Of a stretch of DNA of 64,000 nucleotides, positions 53,050 to 64,000 are shown piece after piece. The stretch is from the human T2T-CHM13v2.0 reference genome, Homo sapiens. The notes under the pieces are model-generated. The model did no database searches. It saw nothing but the letters and a program-made list of their open reading frames with translations, and was not told where the DNA came from. Where the stretch lies: the NCBI RefSeq assembly GCF_009914755.1, contig NC_060938.1, one strand, 5' to 3'. The position numbers and the translations under genes are program-made. The stretch's first letter is position 1. Each line of letters opens with the position of its first letter.

Positions 53050-56000
53050 TCCTCCAAGCTATCCAAATATCCACTTGCAGATTCCACAGAAAGACTGTTT
53101 CAAAACTGCTCTGTCAATAGAAAGGTTCAACTCTGTTAGCTGCATGCATATATCCCAAAGAAGATTCTGAGATTGCTTCTGTCTAGTTTTTATGGGAAGA
53201 TATTTCCCTTTTCACCGTAGGCGTCAAGGCGCTCCAAATGTCCACTTCCAGATACTACAAAAAGAGTGTTTCAAACCTACTCTGTGAAAGGGAATATTCA
53301 ACTCTGTGACTTGAATGCACATATCACAAGGAAGTTTCTGAGAATGCTTCTGTCGAGATTTTATATGAAGATATTCCCGTTTCCAACGAAATCCTGAAAT
53401 GTATCCAAATATCCCCTTGCAGATTCTACAAAAAGAGTGTTTCAAAACTGCTCTGTAAAAAGAAAGGTTCAACTCTGTTAGTTGAGTACACACATCACAA
53501 ACAAGTTTCACACAATGCTTCTTTCTAGCTTGTAGGGGAAGATATTCCCTTTATCACCATGGGCTTCAAACCGTCCGATAAGTCCACTTCCATATACTAC
53601 AAAAAGAGCGTTTCAAACCTGCTCTATGAAAGGCAATGTTCAACTCTGTGACTTGAATGCAGACATCACAGAGCAGTTTCTGAGAATGCTTCTGTCTAGA
53701 TTTTATAGGAAGATATTCCCGTTTCCAACGAAATCTTCACAGCTATCCAAATATCCACTTGCAGATTCTACAAAAAGAGTGTATCAAAACTGCTCTGTCA
53801 AAAGGAAGGTTCTTCTCTGTTAGGTGAGTGCATACGTCATAAAGGAGTTTCTGAGAATGTTTCTGTCTAGTGGTTATGGGAAGATATTTGCTTTTTCACC
53901 GTAGGCCTCAGAGCGCTCCAAATATCCACTTGCACATACTACAAAAAGAGTGCCTCAAAGCTGCTCTCTGAAACGGAATGTTCAACTCTATGAGTTGAAT
54001 GCAAACATCGCAAAGACGTTTCTGAGAATGCTTCTGTCTAGATTTGATATGAAGATATTCCCGTTTCCAACGAAATCTTCAAATCTATCCAAATGTCCAC
54101 TTGCAGATTCAACAAAAAGTGTTTTTCAGAACTGCTCTATCAAAAGAAAGATCCACCTCTGTTAGCTGAGTTCACACATCACAAACAAGTTTATGAGAAT
54201 GCTTCTGTCTAGTTTTTATTTGAAGATATTTCCTTTCTCACCATAGAGCTGAAAGCTGTCCTAATGTTCACTTCCAGATACTACAGAAAGAGTGTTTCAA
54301 AACTGCTGTACGAAAGGGAATGTTCAACTCTGTGACTTGAATGCACACATCACAAAGAAGTTTCTGAGGATGCTGCTGTCTACTTTTTATACGTAATCCC
54401 GTTTCCAACGAAATCCTCCAAGCTATCCAAATATCCACTTGCAGATTCCACAGAAAGACTGTTTCAAAACTGCTCTGTCAATAGAAAGGTTCAACTCTGT
54501 TAGCTGCGTGCATATATCCCAAAGAAGATTCTGAGATTGCTTCTGTCTAGTTTTTATGGGAAGATATTTCCCTTTTCACCGTAGGCGTCAAGGCGCTCCA
54601 AATGTCCACTTCCAGATACTACAAAAAGAGTGTTTCAAACCTACTCTGTGAAAGGGAATATTCAACTCTGTGACTTGAATGCACATATCACAAGGAAGTT
54701 TCTGAGAATGCTTCTGTCGAGATTTTATATGAAGATATTCCCGTTTCCAACGAAATCCTGAAATCTATCCAAATATCCCCTCGCAGATTCTACAAAAAGA
54801 GTGTTTCAAAACTGCTCTGTAAAAAGAAAGGTTCAACTCTGTTAGTTGAGTACACACATCACAAACAAGTTTCACACAATGCTTCTTTCTAGCTTGTAGG
54901 GGAAGATATTCCCTTTATCACCATGGGCCTCAAACCGTCCGATAAGTCCACTTCCATATACTACAAAAAGAGCGTTTCAAACCTGCTCTATGAAAGGCAA
55001 TGTTCAACTCTGTGACTTGAATGCAGACATCACAGAGCAGTTTCTGAGAATGCTTCTGTCTAGATTTTATAGGAAGATATTCCCGTTTCCAACGAAATCT
55101 TCACAGCTATCCAAATATCCACTTGCAGATTCTACAAAAAGAGTGTATCAAAACTGCTCTGTCAAAAGGAAGGTTCTTTTCTGTTAGGTGAGTGCATACG
55201 TCATAAAGGAGTTTCTGAGAATGTTTCTGTCTAGTGGTTATGGGAAGATATTTGCTTTTTCACCGTAGGCCTCAGAGCGCTCCAAATATCCACTTGCACA
55301 TACTACAAAAAGAGTGCCTCAAAGCTGCTCTCTGAAACGGAATGTTCAACTCTATGAGTTGAATGCAAACATCGCAAAGACGTTTCTGAGAATGCTTCTG
55401 TCTAGATTTGATATGAAGATATTCCCGTTTCCAACGAAATCTTCAAATCTATCCAAATGTCCACTTGCAGATTCAACAAAAAGTGTTTTTCAGAACTGCT
55501 CTATCAAAAGAAAGATCCACCTCTGTTAGCTGAGTTCACACATCACAAACAAGTTTATGAGAATGCTTCTGTCTAGTTTTTATTTGAAGATATTTCCTTT
55601 CTCACCATAGAGCTGAAAGCTGTCCTAATGTTCACTTCCAGATACTACAGAAAGAGTGTTTCAAAACTGCTGTACGAAAGGGAATGTTCAACTCTGTGAC
55701 TTGAATGCACACATCACAAAGAAGTTTCTGAGGATGCTGCTGTCTACTTTTTATACGTAATCCCGTTTCCAACGAAATCCTCCAAGCTATCCAAATATCC
55801 ACTTGCAGATTCCACAGAAAGACTGTTTCAAAACTGCTCTGTCAATAGAAAGGTTCAACTCTGTTAGCTGCGTGCATATATCCCAAAGAAGATTCTGAGA
55901 TTGCTTCTGTCTAGTTTTTATGGGAAGATATTTCCCTTTTCACCGTAGGCGTCAAGGCGCTCCAAATGTCCACTTCCAGATACTACAAAAAGAGTGTTTC

Positions 56001-59000
56001 AAACCTACTCTGTGAAAGGGAATATTCAACTCTGTGACTTGAATGCACATATCACAAAGAAGTTTCTGAGAATGCTTCTGTCGAGATTTTATATGAAGAT
56101 ATTCCCGTTTCCAACGAAATGCTGAAATGTATCCAAATATCCCCTCGCAGATTCTACAAAAAGAGTGTTTCAAAACTGCTCTGTGAAAAGAAAGGTTCAA
56201 CTCTGTTAGTTGAGTACACACATCACAAACAAGTTTCACAGAATGCTTCTTTCTAGCTTGTAGGGGAAGATATTCCCTTTATCACCATGGGCCTCCAACC
56301 GTCCGAAACATCCACTTCCATATACTACAAAAAGAGCGTTTCAAACCTGCTCTATGAAAGGCAATGTTCAACTCTGTGACTTGAATGCAGACATCACAGA
56401 GCAGTTTCTGAGAATGCTTCTGTCTAGATTTTATAGGAAGATATTCCCGTTTCCAACGAAATCTTCACAGCTATCCAAATATCCACTTGCAGATTCTACA
56501 AAAAGAGTGTATCAAAACTGCTCTGTCAAAAGGAAGGTTCTTCTCTGTTAGGTGAGTGCATACGTCATAAAGGAGTTTCTGAGAATGTTTCTGTCTAGTG
56601 GTTATGGGAAGATATTTGCTTTTTCACCGTAGGCCTCAGAGCGCTCCAAATATCCACTTGCACATACTACAAAAAGAGTGCTTCAAAGCTGCTCTCTGAA
56701 ACGGAATGTTCAACTCTATGAGTTGAATGCAAACATCACAAAGACGTTTCTGAGAATGCTTCTGTCTAGATTTGATATGAAGATATTCCCGTTTCCAACG
56801 AAATCTTCAAATCTATCCAAATGTCCACTTGCAGATTCAACAAAAAGTGTTTTTCAGAACTGCTCTATCAAAAGAAAGATCTACCTCTGTTAGCTGAGTT
56901 CACACATCACAAACAAGTTTATGAGAATGCTTCTGTCTAGTTTTTATTTGAAGATATTTCCTTTCTCACCATAGAGCTGAAAGCTGTCCTAATGTTCACT
57001 TCCAGATACTACAGAAAGAGTGTTTCAAAACTGCTGTACGAAAGGGAATGTTCAACTCTGTGACTTGAATGCACACATCACAAAGAAGTTTCTGAGGATG
57101 CTGCTGTCTACTTTTTATACGTAATCCCGTTTCCAACGAAATCCTCCAAGCTATCCAAATATCCACTTGCAGATTCCACAGAAAGACTGTTTCAAAACTG
57201 CTCTGTCAATAGAAAGGTTCAACTCTGTTAGCTGCATGCATATATCCCAAAGAAGATTCTGAGATTGCTTCTGTCTAGTTTTTATGGGAAGATATTTCCC
57301 TTTTCACCGTAGGCGTCAAGGCGCTCCAAATGTCCACTTCCAGATACTACAAAAAGAGTGTTTCAAACCTACTCTGTGAAAGGGAATATTCAACTCTGTG
57401 ACTTGAATGCACATATCACAAGGAAGTTTCTGAGAATGCTTCTGTCGAGATTTTATATGAAGATATTCCCGTTTCCAACGAAATCCTGAAATGTATCCAA
57501 ATATCCCCTTGCAGATTCTACAAAAAGAGTGTTTCAAAACTGCTCTGTAAAAAGAAAGGTTCAACTCTGTTAGTTGAGTACACACATCACAAACAAGTTT
57601 CACACAATGCTTCTTTCTAGCTTGTAGGGGAAGATATTCCCTTTATCACCATGGGCCTCAAACCGTCCGATAAGTCCACTTCCATATACTACAAAAAGAG
57701 CGTTTCAAACCTGCTCTATGAAAGGCAATGTTCAACTCTGTGACTTGAATGCAGACATCACAGAGCAGTTTCTGAGAATGCTTCTGTCTAGATTTTATAG
57801 GAAGATATTCCCGTTTCCAACGAAATCTTCACAGCTATCCAAATATCCACTTGCAGATTCTACAAAAAGAGTGTATCAAAACTGCTCTGTCAAAAGGAAG
57901 GTTCTTCTCTGTTAGGTGAGTGCATACGTCATAAAGGAGTTTCTGAGAATGTTTCTGTCTAGTGGTTATGGGAAGATATTTGCTTTTTCACCGTAGGCCT
58001 CAGAGCGCTCCAAATATCCACTTGCACATACTACAAAAAGAGTGCCTCAAAGCTGCTCTCTGAAACGGAATGTTCAACTCTATGAGTTGAATGCAAACAT
58101 CGCAAAGACGTTTCTGAGAATGCTTCTGTCTAGATTTGATATGAAGATATTCCCGTTTCCAACGAAATCTTCAAATCTATCCAAATGTCCACTTGCAGAT
58201 TCAACAAAAAGTGTTTTTCAGAACTGCTCTATCAAAAGAAAGATCCACCTCTGTTAGCTGAGTTCACACATCACAAACAAGTTTATGAGAATGCTTCTGT
58301 CTAGTTTTTATTTGAAGATATTTCCTTTCTCACCATAGAGCTGAAAGCTGTCCTAATGTTCACTTCCAGATACTACAGAAAGAGTGTTTCAAAACTGCTG
58401 TACGAAAGGGAATGTTCAACTCTGTGACTTGAATGCACACATCACAAAGAAGTTTCTGAGGATGCTGCTGTCTACTTTTTATACGTAATCCCGTTTCCAA
58501 CGAAATCCTCCAAGCTATCCAAATATCCACTTGCAGATTCCACAGAAAGACTGTTTCAAAACTGCTCTGTCAATAGAAAGGTTCAACTCTGTTAGCTGCG
58601 TGCATATATCCCAAAGAAGATTCTGAGATTGCTTCTGTCTAGTTTTTATGGGAAGATATTTCCCTTTTCACCGTAGGCGTCAAGGCGCTCCAAATGTCCA
58701 CTTCCAGATACTACAAAAAGAGTGTTTCAAACCTACTCTGTGAAAGGGAATATTCAACTCTGTGACTTGAATGCACATATCACAAGGAAGTTTCTGAGAA
58801 TGCTTCTGTCGAGATTTTATATGAAGATATTCCCGTTTCCAACGAAATGCTGAAATCTATCCAAATATCCCCTCGCAGATTCTACAAAAAGAGTGTTTCA
58901 AAACTGCTCTGTGAAAAGAAAGGTTCAACTCTGTTAGTTGAGTACACACATCACAAACAAGTTTCACAGAATGCTTCTTTCTAGCTTGTAGGGGAAGATA

Positions 59001-62000
59001 TTCCCTTTATCACCATGGGCCTCCAACCGTCCGAAACATCCACTTCCATATACTACAAAAAGAGCGTTTCAAACCTGCTCTATGAAAGGCAATGTTCAAC
59101 TCTGTGACTTGAATGCAGACATCACAGAGCAGTTTCTGAGAATGCTTCTGTCTAGATTTTATAGGAAGATATTCCCGTTTCCAACGAAATCTTCACAGCT
59201 ATCCAAATATCCACTTGCAGATTCTACAAAAAGAGTGTATCAAAACTGCTCTGTCAAAAGGAAGGTTCTTCTCTGTTAGGTGAGTGCATACGTCATAAAG
59301 GAGTTTCTGAGAATGTTTCTGTCTAGTGGTTATGGGAAGATATTTGCTTTTTCACCGTAGGCCTCAGAGCGCTCCAAATATCCACTTGCACATACTACAA
59401 AAAGAGTGCTTCAAAGCTGCTCTCTGAAACGGAATGTTCAACTCTATGAGTTGAATGCAAACATCACAAAGACGTTTCTGAGAATGCTTCTGTCTAGATT
59501 TGATATGAAGATATTCCCGTTTCCAACGAAATCTTCAAATCTATCCAAATGTCCACTTGCAGATTCAACAAAAAGTGTTTTTCAGAACTGCTCTATCAAA
59601 AGAAAGATCCACCTCTGTTAGCTGAGTTCACACATCACAAACAAGTTTATGAGAATGCTTCTGTCTAGTTTTTATTTGAAGATATTTCCTTTCTCACCAT
59701 AGAGCTGAAAGCTGTCCTAATGTTCACTTCCAGATACTACAGAAAGAGTGTTTCAAAACTGCTGTACGAAAGGGAATGTTCAACTCTGTGACTTGAATGC
59801 ACACATCACAAAGAAGTTTCTGAGGATGCTGCTGTCTACTTTTTATACGTAATCCCGTTTCCAACGAAATCCTCCAAGCTATCCAAATATCCACTTGCAG
59901 ATTCCACAGAAAGACTGTTTCAAAACTGCTCTGTCAATAGAAAGGTTCAACTCTGTTAGCTGCGTGCATATATCCCAAAGAAGATTCTGAGATTGCTTCT
60001 GTCTAGTTTTTATGGGAAGATATTTCCCTTTTCACCGTAGGCGTCAAGGCGCTCCAAATGTCCACTTCCAGATACTACAAAAAGAGTGTTTCAAACCTAC
60101 TCTGTGAAAGGGAATATTCAACTCTGTGACTTGAATGCACATATCACAAAGAAGTTTCTGAGAATGCTTCTGTCGAGATTTTATATGAAGATATTCCCGT
60201 TTCCAACGAAATGCTGAAATGTATCCAAATATCCCCTCGCAGATTCTACAAAAAGAGTGTTTCAAAACTGCTCTGTGAAAAGAAAGGTTCAACTCTGTTA
60301 GTTGAGTACACACATCACAAACAAGTTTCACAGAATGCTTCTTTCTAGCTTGTAGGGGAAGATATTCCCTTTATCACCATGGGCCTCCAACCGTCCGAAA
60401 CATCCACTTCCATATACTACAAAAAGAGCGTTTCAAACCTGCTCTATGAAAGGCAATGTTCAACTCTGTGACTTGAATGCAGACATCACAGAGCAGTTTC
60501 TGAGAATGCTTCTGTCTAGATTTTATAGGAAGATATTCCCGTTTCCAACGAAATCTTCACAGCTATCCAAATATCCACTTGCAGATTCTACAAAAAGAGT
60601 GTATCAAAACTGCTCTGTCAAAAGGAAGGTTCTTCTCTGTTAGGTGAGTGCATACGTCATAAAGGAGTTTCTGAGAATGTTTCTGTCTAGTGGTTATGGG
60701 AAGATATTTGCTTTTTCACCGTAGGCCTCAGAGCGCTCCAAATATCCACTTGCACATACTACAAAAAGAGTGCTTCAAAGCTGCTCTCTGAAACGGAATG
60801 TTCAACTCTATGAGTTGAATGCAAACATCACAAAGACGTTTCTGAGAATGCTTCTGTCTAGATTTGATATGAAGATATTCCCGTTTCCAACGAAATCTTC
60901 AAATCTATCCAAATGTCCACTTGCAGATTCAACAAAAAGTGTTTTTCAGAACTGCTCTATCAAAAGAAAGATCCACCTCTGTTAGCTGAGTTCACACATC
61001 ACAAACAAGTTTATGAGAATGCTTCTGTCTAGTTTTTATTTGAAGATATTTCCTTTCTCACCATAGAGCTGAAAGCTGTCCTAATGTTCACTTCCAGATA
61101 CTACAGAAAGAGTGTTTCAAAACTGCTGTACGAAAGGGAATGTTCAACTCTGTGACTTGAATGCACACATCACAAAGAAGTTTCTGAGGATGCTGCTGTC
61201 TACTTTTTATACGTAATCCCGTTTCCAACGAAATCCTCCAAGCTATCCAAATATCCACTTGCAGATTCCACAGAAAGACTGTTTCAAAACTGCTCTGTCA
61301 ATAGAAAGGTTCAACTCTGTTAGCTGCATGCATATATCCCAAAGAAGATTCTGAGATTGCTTCTGTCTAGTTTTTATGGGAAGATATTTCCCTTTTCACC
61401 GTAGGCGTCAAGGCGCTCCAAATGTCCACTTCCAGATACTACAAAAAGAGTGTTTCAAACCTACTCTGTGAAAGGGAATATTCAACTCTGTGACTTGAAT
61501 GCACATATCACAAGGAAGTTTCTGAGAATGCTTCTGTCGAGATTTTATATGAAGATATTCCCGTTTCCAACGAAATCCTGAAATCTATCCAAATATCCCC
61601 TCGCAGATTCTACAAAAAGAGTGTTTCAAAACTGCTCTGTAAAAAGAAAGGTTCAACTCTGTTAGTTGAGTACACACATCACAAACAAGTTTCACACAAT
61701 GCTTCTTTCTAGCTTGTAGGGGAAGATATTCCCTTTATCACCATGGGCCTCAAACCGTCCGATAAGTCCACTTCCATATACTACAAAAAGAGCGTTTCAA
61801 ACCTGCTCTATGAAAGGCAATGTTCAACTCTGTGACTTGAATGCAGACATCACAGAGCAGTTTCTGAGAATGCTTCTGTCTAGATTTTATAGGAAGATAT
61901 TCCCGTTTCCAACGAAATCTTCACAGCTATCCAAATATCCACTTGCAGATTCTACAAAAAGAGTGTATCAAAACTGCTCTGTCAAAAGGAAGGTTCTTTT

Positions 62001-62580
62001 CTGTTAGGTGAGTGCATACGTCATAAAGGAGTTTCTGAGAATGTTTCTGTCTAGTGGTTATGGGAAGATATTTGCTTTTTCACCGTAGGCCTCAGAGCGC
62101 TCCAAATATCCACTTGCACATACTACAAAAAGAGTGCCTCAAAGCTGCTCTCTGAAACGGAATGTTCAACTCTATGAGTTGAATGCAAACATCGCAAAGA
62201 CGTTTCTGAGAATGCTTCTGTCTAGATTTGATATGAAGATATTCCCGTTTCCAACGAAATCTTCAAATCTATCCAAATGTCCACTTGCAGATTCAACAAA
62301 AAGTGTTTTTCAGAACTGCTCTATCAAAAGAAAGATCCACCTCTGTTAGCTGAGTTCACACATCACAAACAAGTTTATGAGAATGCTTCTGTCTAGTTTT
62401 TATTTGAAGATATTTCCTTTCTCACCATAGAGCTGAAAGCTGTCCTAATGTTCACTTCCAGATACTACAGAAAGAGTGTTTCAAAACTGCTGTACGAAAG
62501 GGAATGTTCAACTCTGTGACTTGAATGCACACATCACAAAGAAGTTTCTGAGGATGCTGCTGTCTACTTTTCATACGTAA

Positions 62581-62597
62581 TCCCGTTTCCAAAGAAA
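62581..62597 (-). promoter_or_regulatory. CENP-B box with CpG lost by transversion
   Basis: TCCCGTTTCCAAAGAAA (C>A at 62593). Confidence 0.88.
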
Positions 62598-64000
62598 TCC
62601 TCCAAGCTATCCAAATATCCACTTGCAGATTCCACAGAAAGACTGTTTCAAAACTGCTCTGTCAATAGAAAGGTTCAACTCTGTTAGCTGCGTGCATATA
62701 TCCCAAAGAAGATTCTGAGATTGCTTCTGTCTAGTTTTTATGGGAAGATATTTCCCTTTTCACCGTAGGCGTCAAGGCGCTCCAAATGTCCACTTCCAGA
62801 TACTACAAAAAGAGTGTTTCAAACCTACTCTGTGAAAGGGAATATTCAACTCTGTGACTTGAATGCACATATCACAAAGAAGTTTCTGAGAATGCTTCTG
62901 TCGAGATTTTATATGAAGATATTCCCGTTTCCAACGAAATGCTGAAATCTATCCAAATATCCCCTCGCAGATTCTACAAAAAGAGTGTTTCAAAACTGCT
63001 CTGTGAAAAGAAAGGTTCAACTCTGTTAGTTGAGTACACACATCACAAACAAGTTTCACAGAATGCTTCTTTCTAGCTTGTAGGGGAAGATATTCCCTTT
63101 ATCACCATGGGCCTCCAACCGTCCGAAACATCCACTTCCATATACTACAAAAAGAGCGTTTCAAACCTGCTCTATGAAAGGCAATGTTCAACTCTGTGAC
63201 TTGAATGCAGACATCACAGAGCAGTTTCTGAGAATGCTTCTGTCTAGATTTTATAGGAAGATATTCCCGTTTCCAACGAAATCTTCACAGCTATCCAAAT
63301 ATCCACTTGCAGATTCTACAAAAAGAGTGTATCAAAACTGCTCTGTCAAAAGGAAGGTTCTTCTCTGTTAGGTGAGTGCATACGTCATAAAGGAGTTTCT
63401 GAGAATGTTTCTGTCTAGTGGTTATGGGAAGATATTTGCTTTTTCACCGTAGGCCTCAGAGCGCTCCAAATATCCACTTGCACATACTACAAAAAGAGTG
63501 CTTCAAAGCTGCTCTCTGAAACGGAATGTTCAACTCTATGAGTTGAATGCAAACATCACAAAGACGTTTCTGAGAATGCTTCTGTCTAGATTTGATATGA
63601 AGATATTCCCGTTTCCAACGAAATCTTCAAATCTATCCAAATGTCCACTTGCAGATTCAACAAAAAGTGTTTTTCAGAACTGCTCTATCAAAAGAAAGAT
63701 CCACCTCTGTTAGCTGAGTTCACACATCACAAACAAGTTTATGAGAATGCTTCTGTCTAGTTTTTATTTGAAGATATTTCCTTTCTCACCATAGAGCTGA
63801 AAGCTGTCCTAATGTTCACTTCCAGATACTACAGAAAGAGTGTTTCAAAACTGCTGTACGAAAGGGAATGTTCAACTCTGTGACTTGAATGCACACATCA
63901 CAAAGAAGTTTCTGAGGATGCTGCTGTCTACTTTTTATACGTAATCCCGTTTCCAACGAAATCCTCCAAGCTATCCAAATATCCACTTGCAGATTCCACA

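Larger units (their letters stand above)
37450..54693. repeat. Tandem duplication of a 6-HOR (8183-bp) block within the array
   Basis: Rare variants pair at exactly +8183: 39585/47768, 43769/51952, G-run deletion 43989/52172, 44080-1/52263-4, 44607/52790, 44808/52991, 44863/53046, 45382/53565. Confidence 0.93.
1..64000 (-). repeat. Alpha-satellite higher-order repeat array, 1364-bp 8-mer, about 46.9 copies
   Basis: Typical alphoid motifs (TTCAACTCTGTGACTTGAATGC, GTTTCTGAGAATGCTTCTGTCTAG, CCAAATATCCACTTGCAGATTC) recur every ~171 bp. The ORF track repeats at 1364-bp spacing (434, 1798, 3162 ... 63174) apart from four 1-bp deletions. Strand is given as the one on which the CENP-B box reads TTCGTTGGAAACGGGA. 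Confidence 0.99.

Noticed and set aside
32-60331. 95-aa and 122-aa minus-strand Cys/His-rich ORFs that look vaguely zinc-finger-like
   Set aside because: They open only when a substitution at HOR offset 209 or 211 removes a TAG stop, and the 122-aa form comes from a 1-bp deletion. Cys/His spacing does not fit a zinc finger. They are useful only as variant markers.
434-63713. Recurrent 65-aa (MKGNVQ...) and 71-aa (MLQ/MPQ...) plus-strand ORFs
   Set aside because: They are translations of alpha-satellite monomers and resemble each other because the monomers are homologous. The 71-aa ORF starts at GTG, no domain is recognisable, and recurrence only reflects the repeat.
1-64000. A/B unit order as an information-bearing code or a novel biological system
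   Set aside because: The order is adequately explained by tandem duplication, unequal exchange and conversion. Nothing in the sequence indicates a readout mechanism.

Overview
The whole 64 kb window is one uninterrupted, single-orientation primate (very probably human) centromeric alpha-satellite higher-order repeat (HOR) array. It holds about 46.9 copies of a 1364-bp 8-mer (seven 171-bp monomers plus one 167-bp monomer). A CENP-B box sits in every second monomer, read on the minus strand, alternating with pJalpha-like A-type boxes. Unit length and monomer style best fit the suprachromosomal family 2 (SF2) live array shared by chromosomes 14 and 22 (D14Z9/D22Z1); this is from recall, not alignment. 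There are no credible genes, RNA genes, transposon insertions or CRISPR arrays, and all listed ORFs are by-products of the repeat. I found no new gene-encoded system. The informative structure lies in the variants. Two HOR haplotypes (A and B) tend to alternate, giving a hidden 2728-bp 16-mer period. There is an apparently perfect 8183-bp (6-HOR) tandem duplication on top of an older 3-HOR period, a 4-HOR duplication at the left end, A/B mosaic units, rare variants shared between distant units, clusters of private mutations and four CENP-B boxes with damaged core bases. Variants were read by eye, so some will have been missed. HOR numbering starts at position 1 (HOR1=1, HOR2=1365, and so on).
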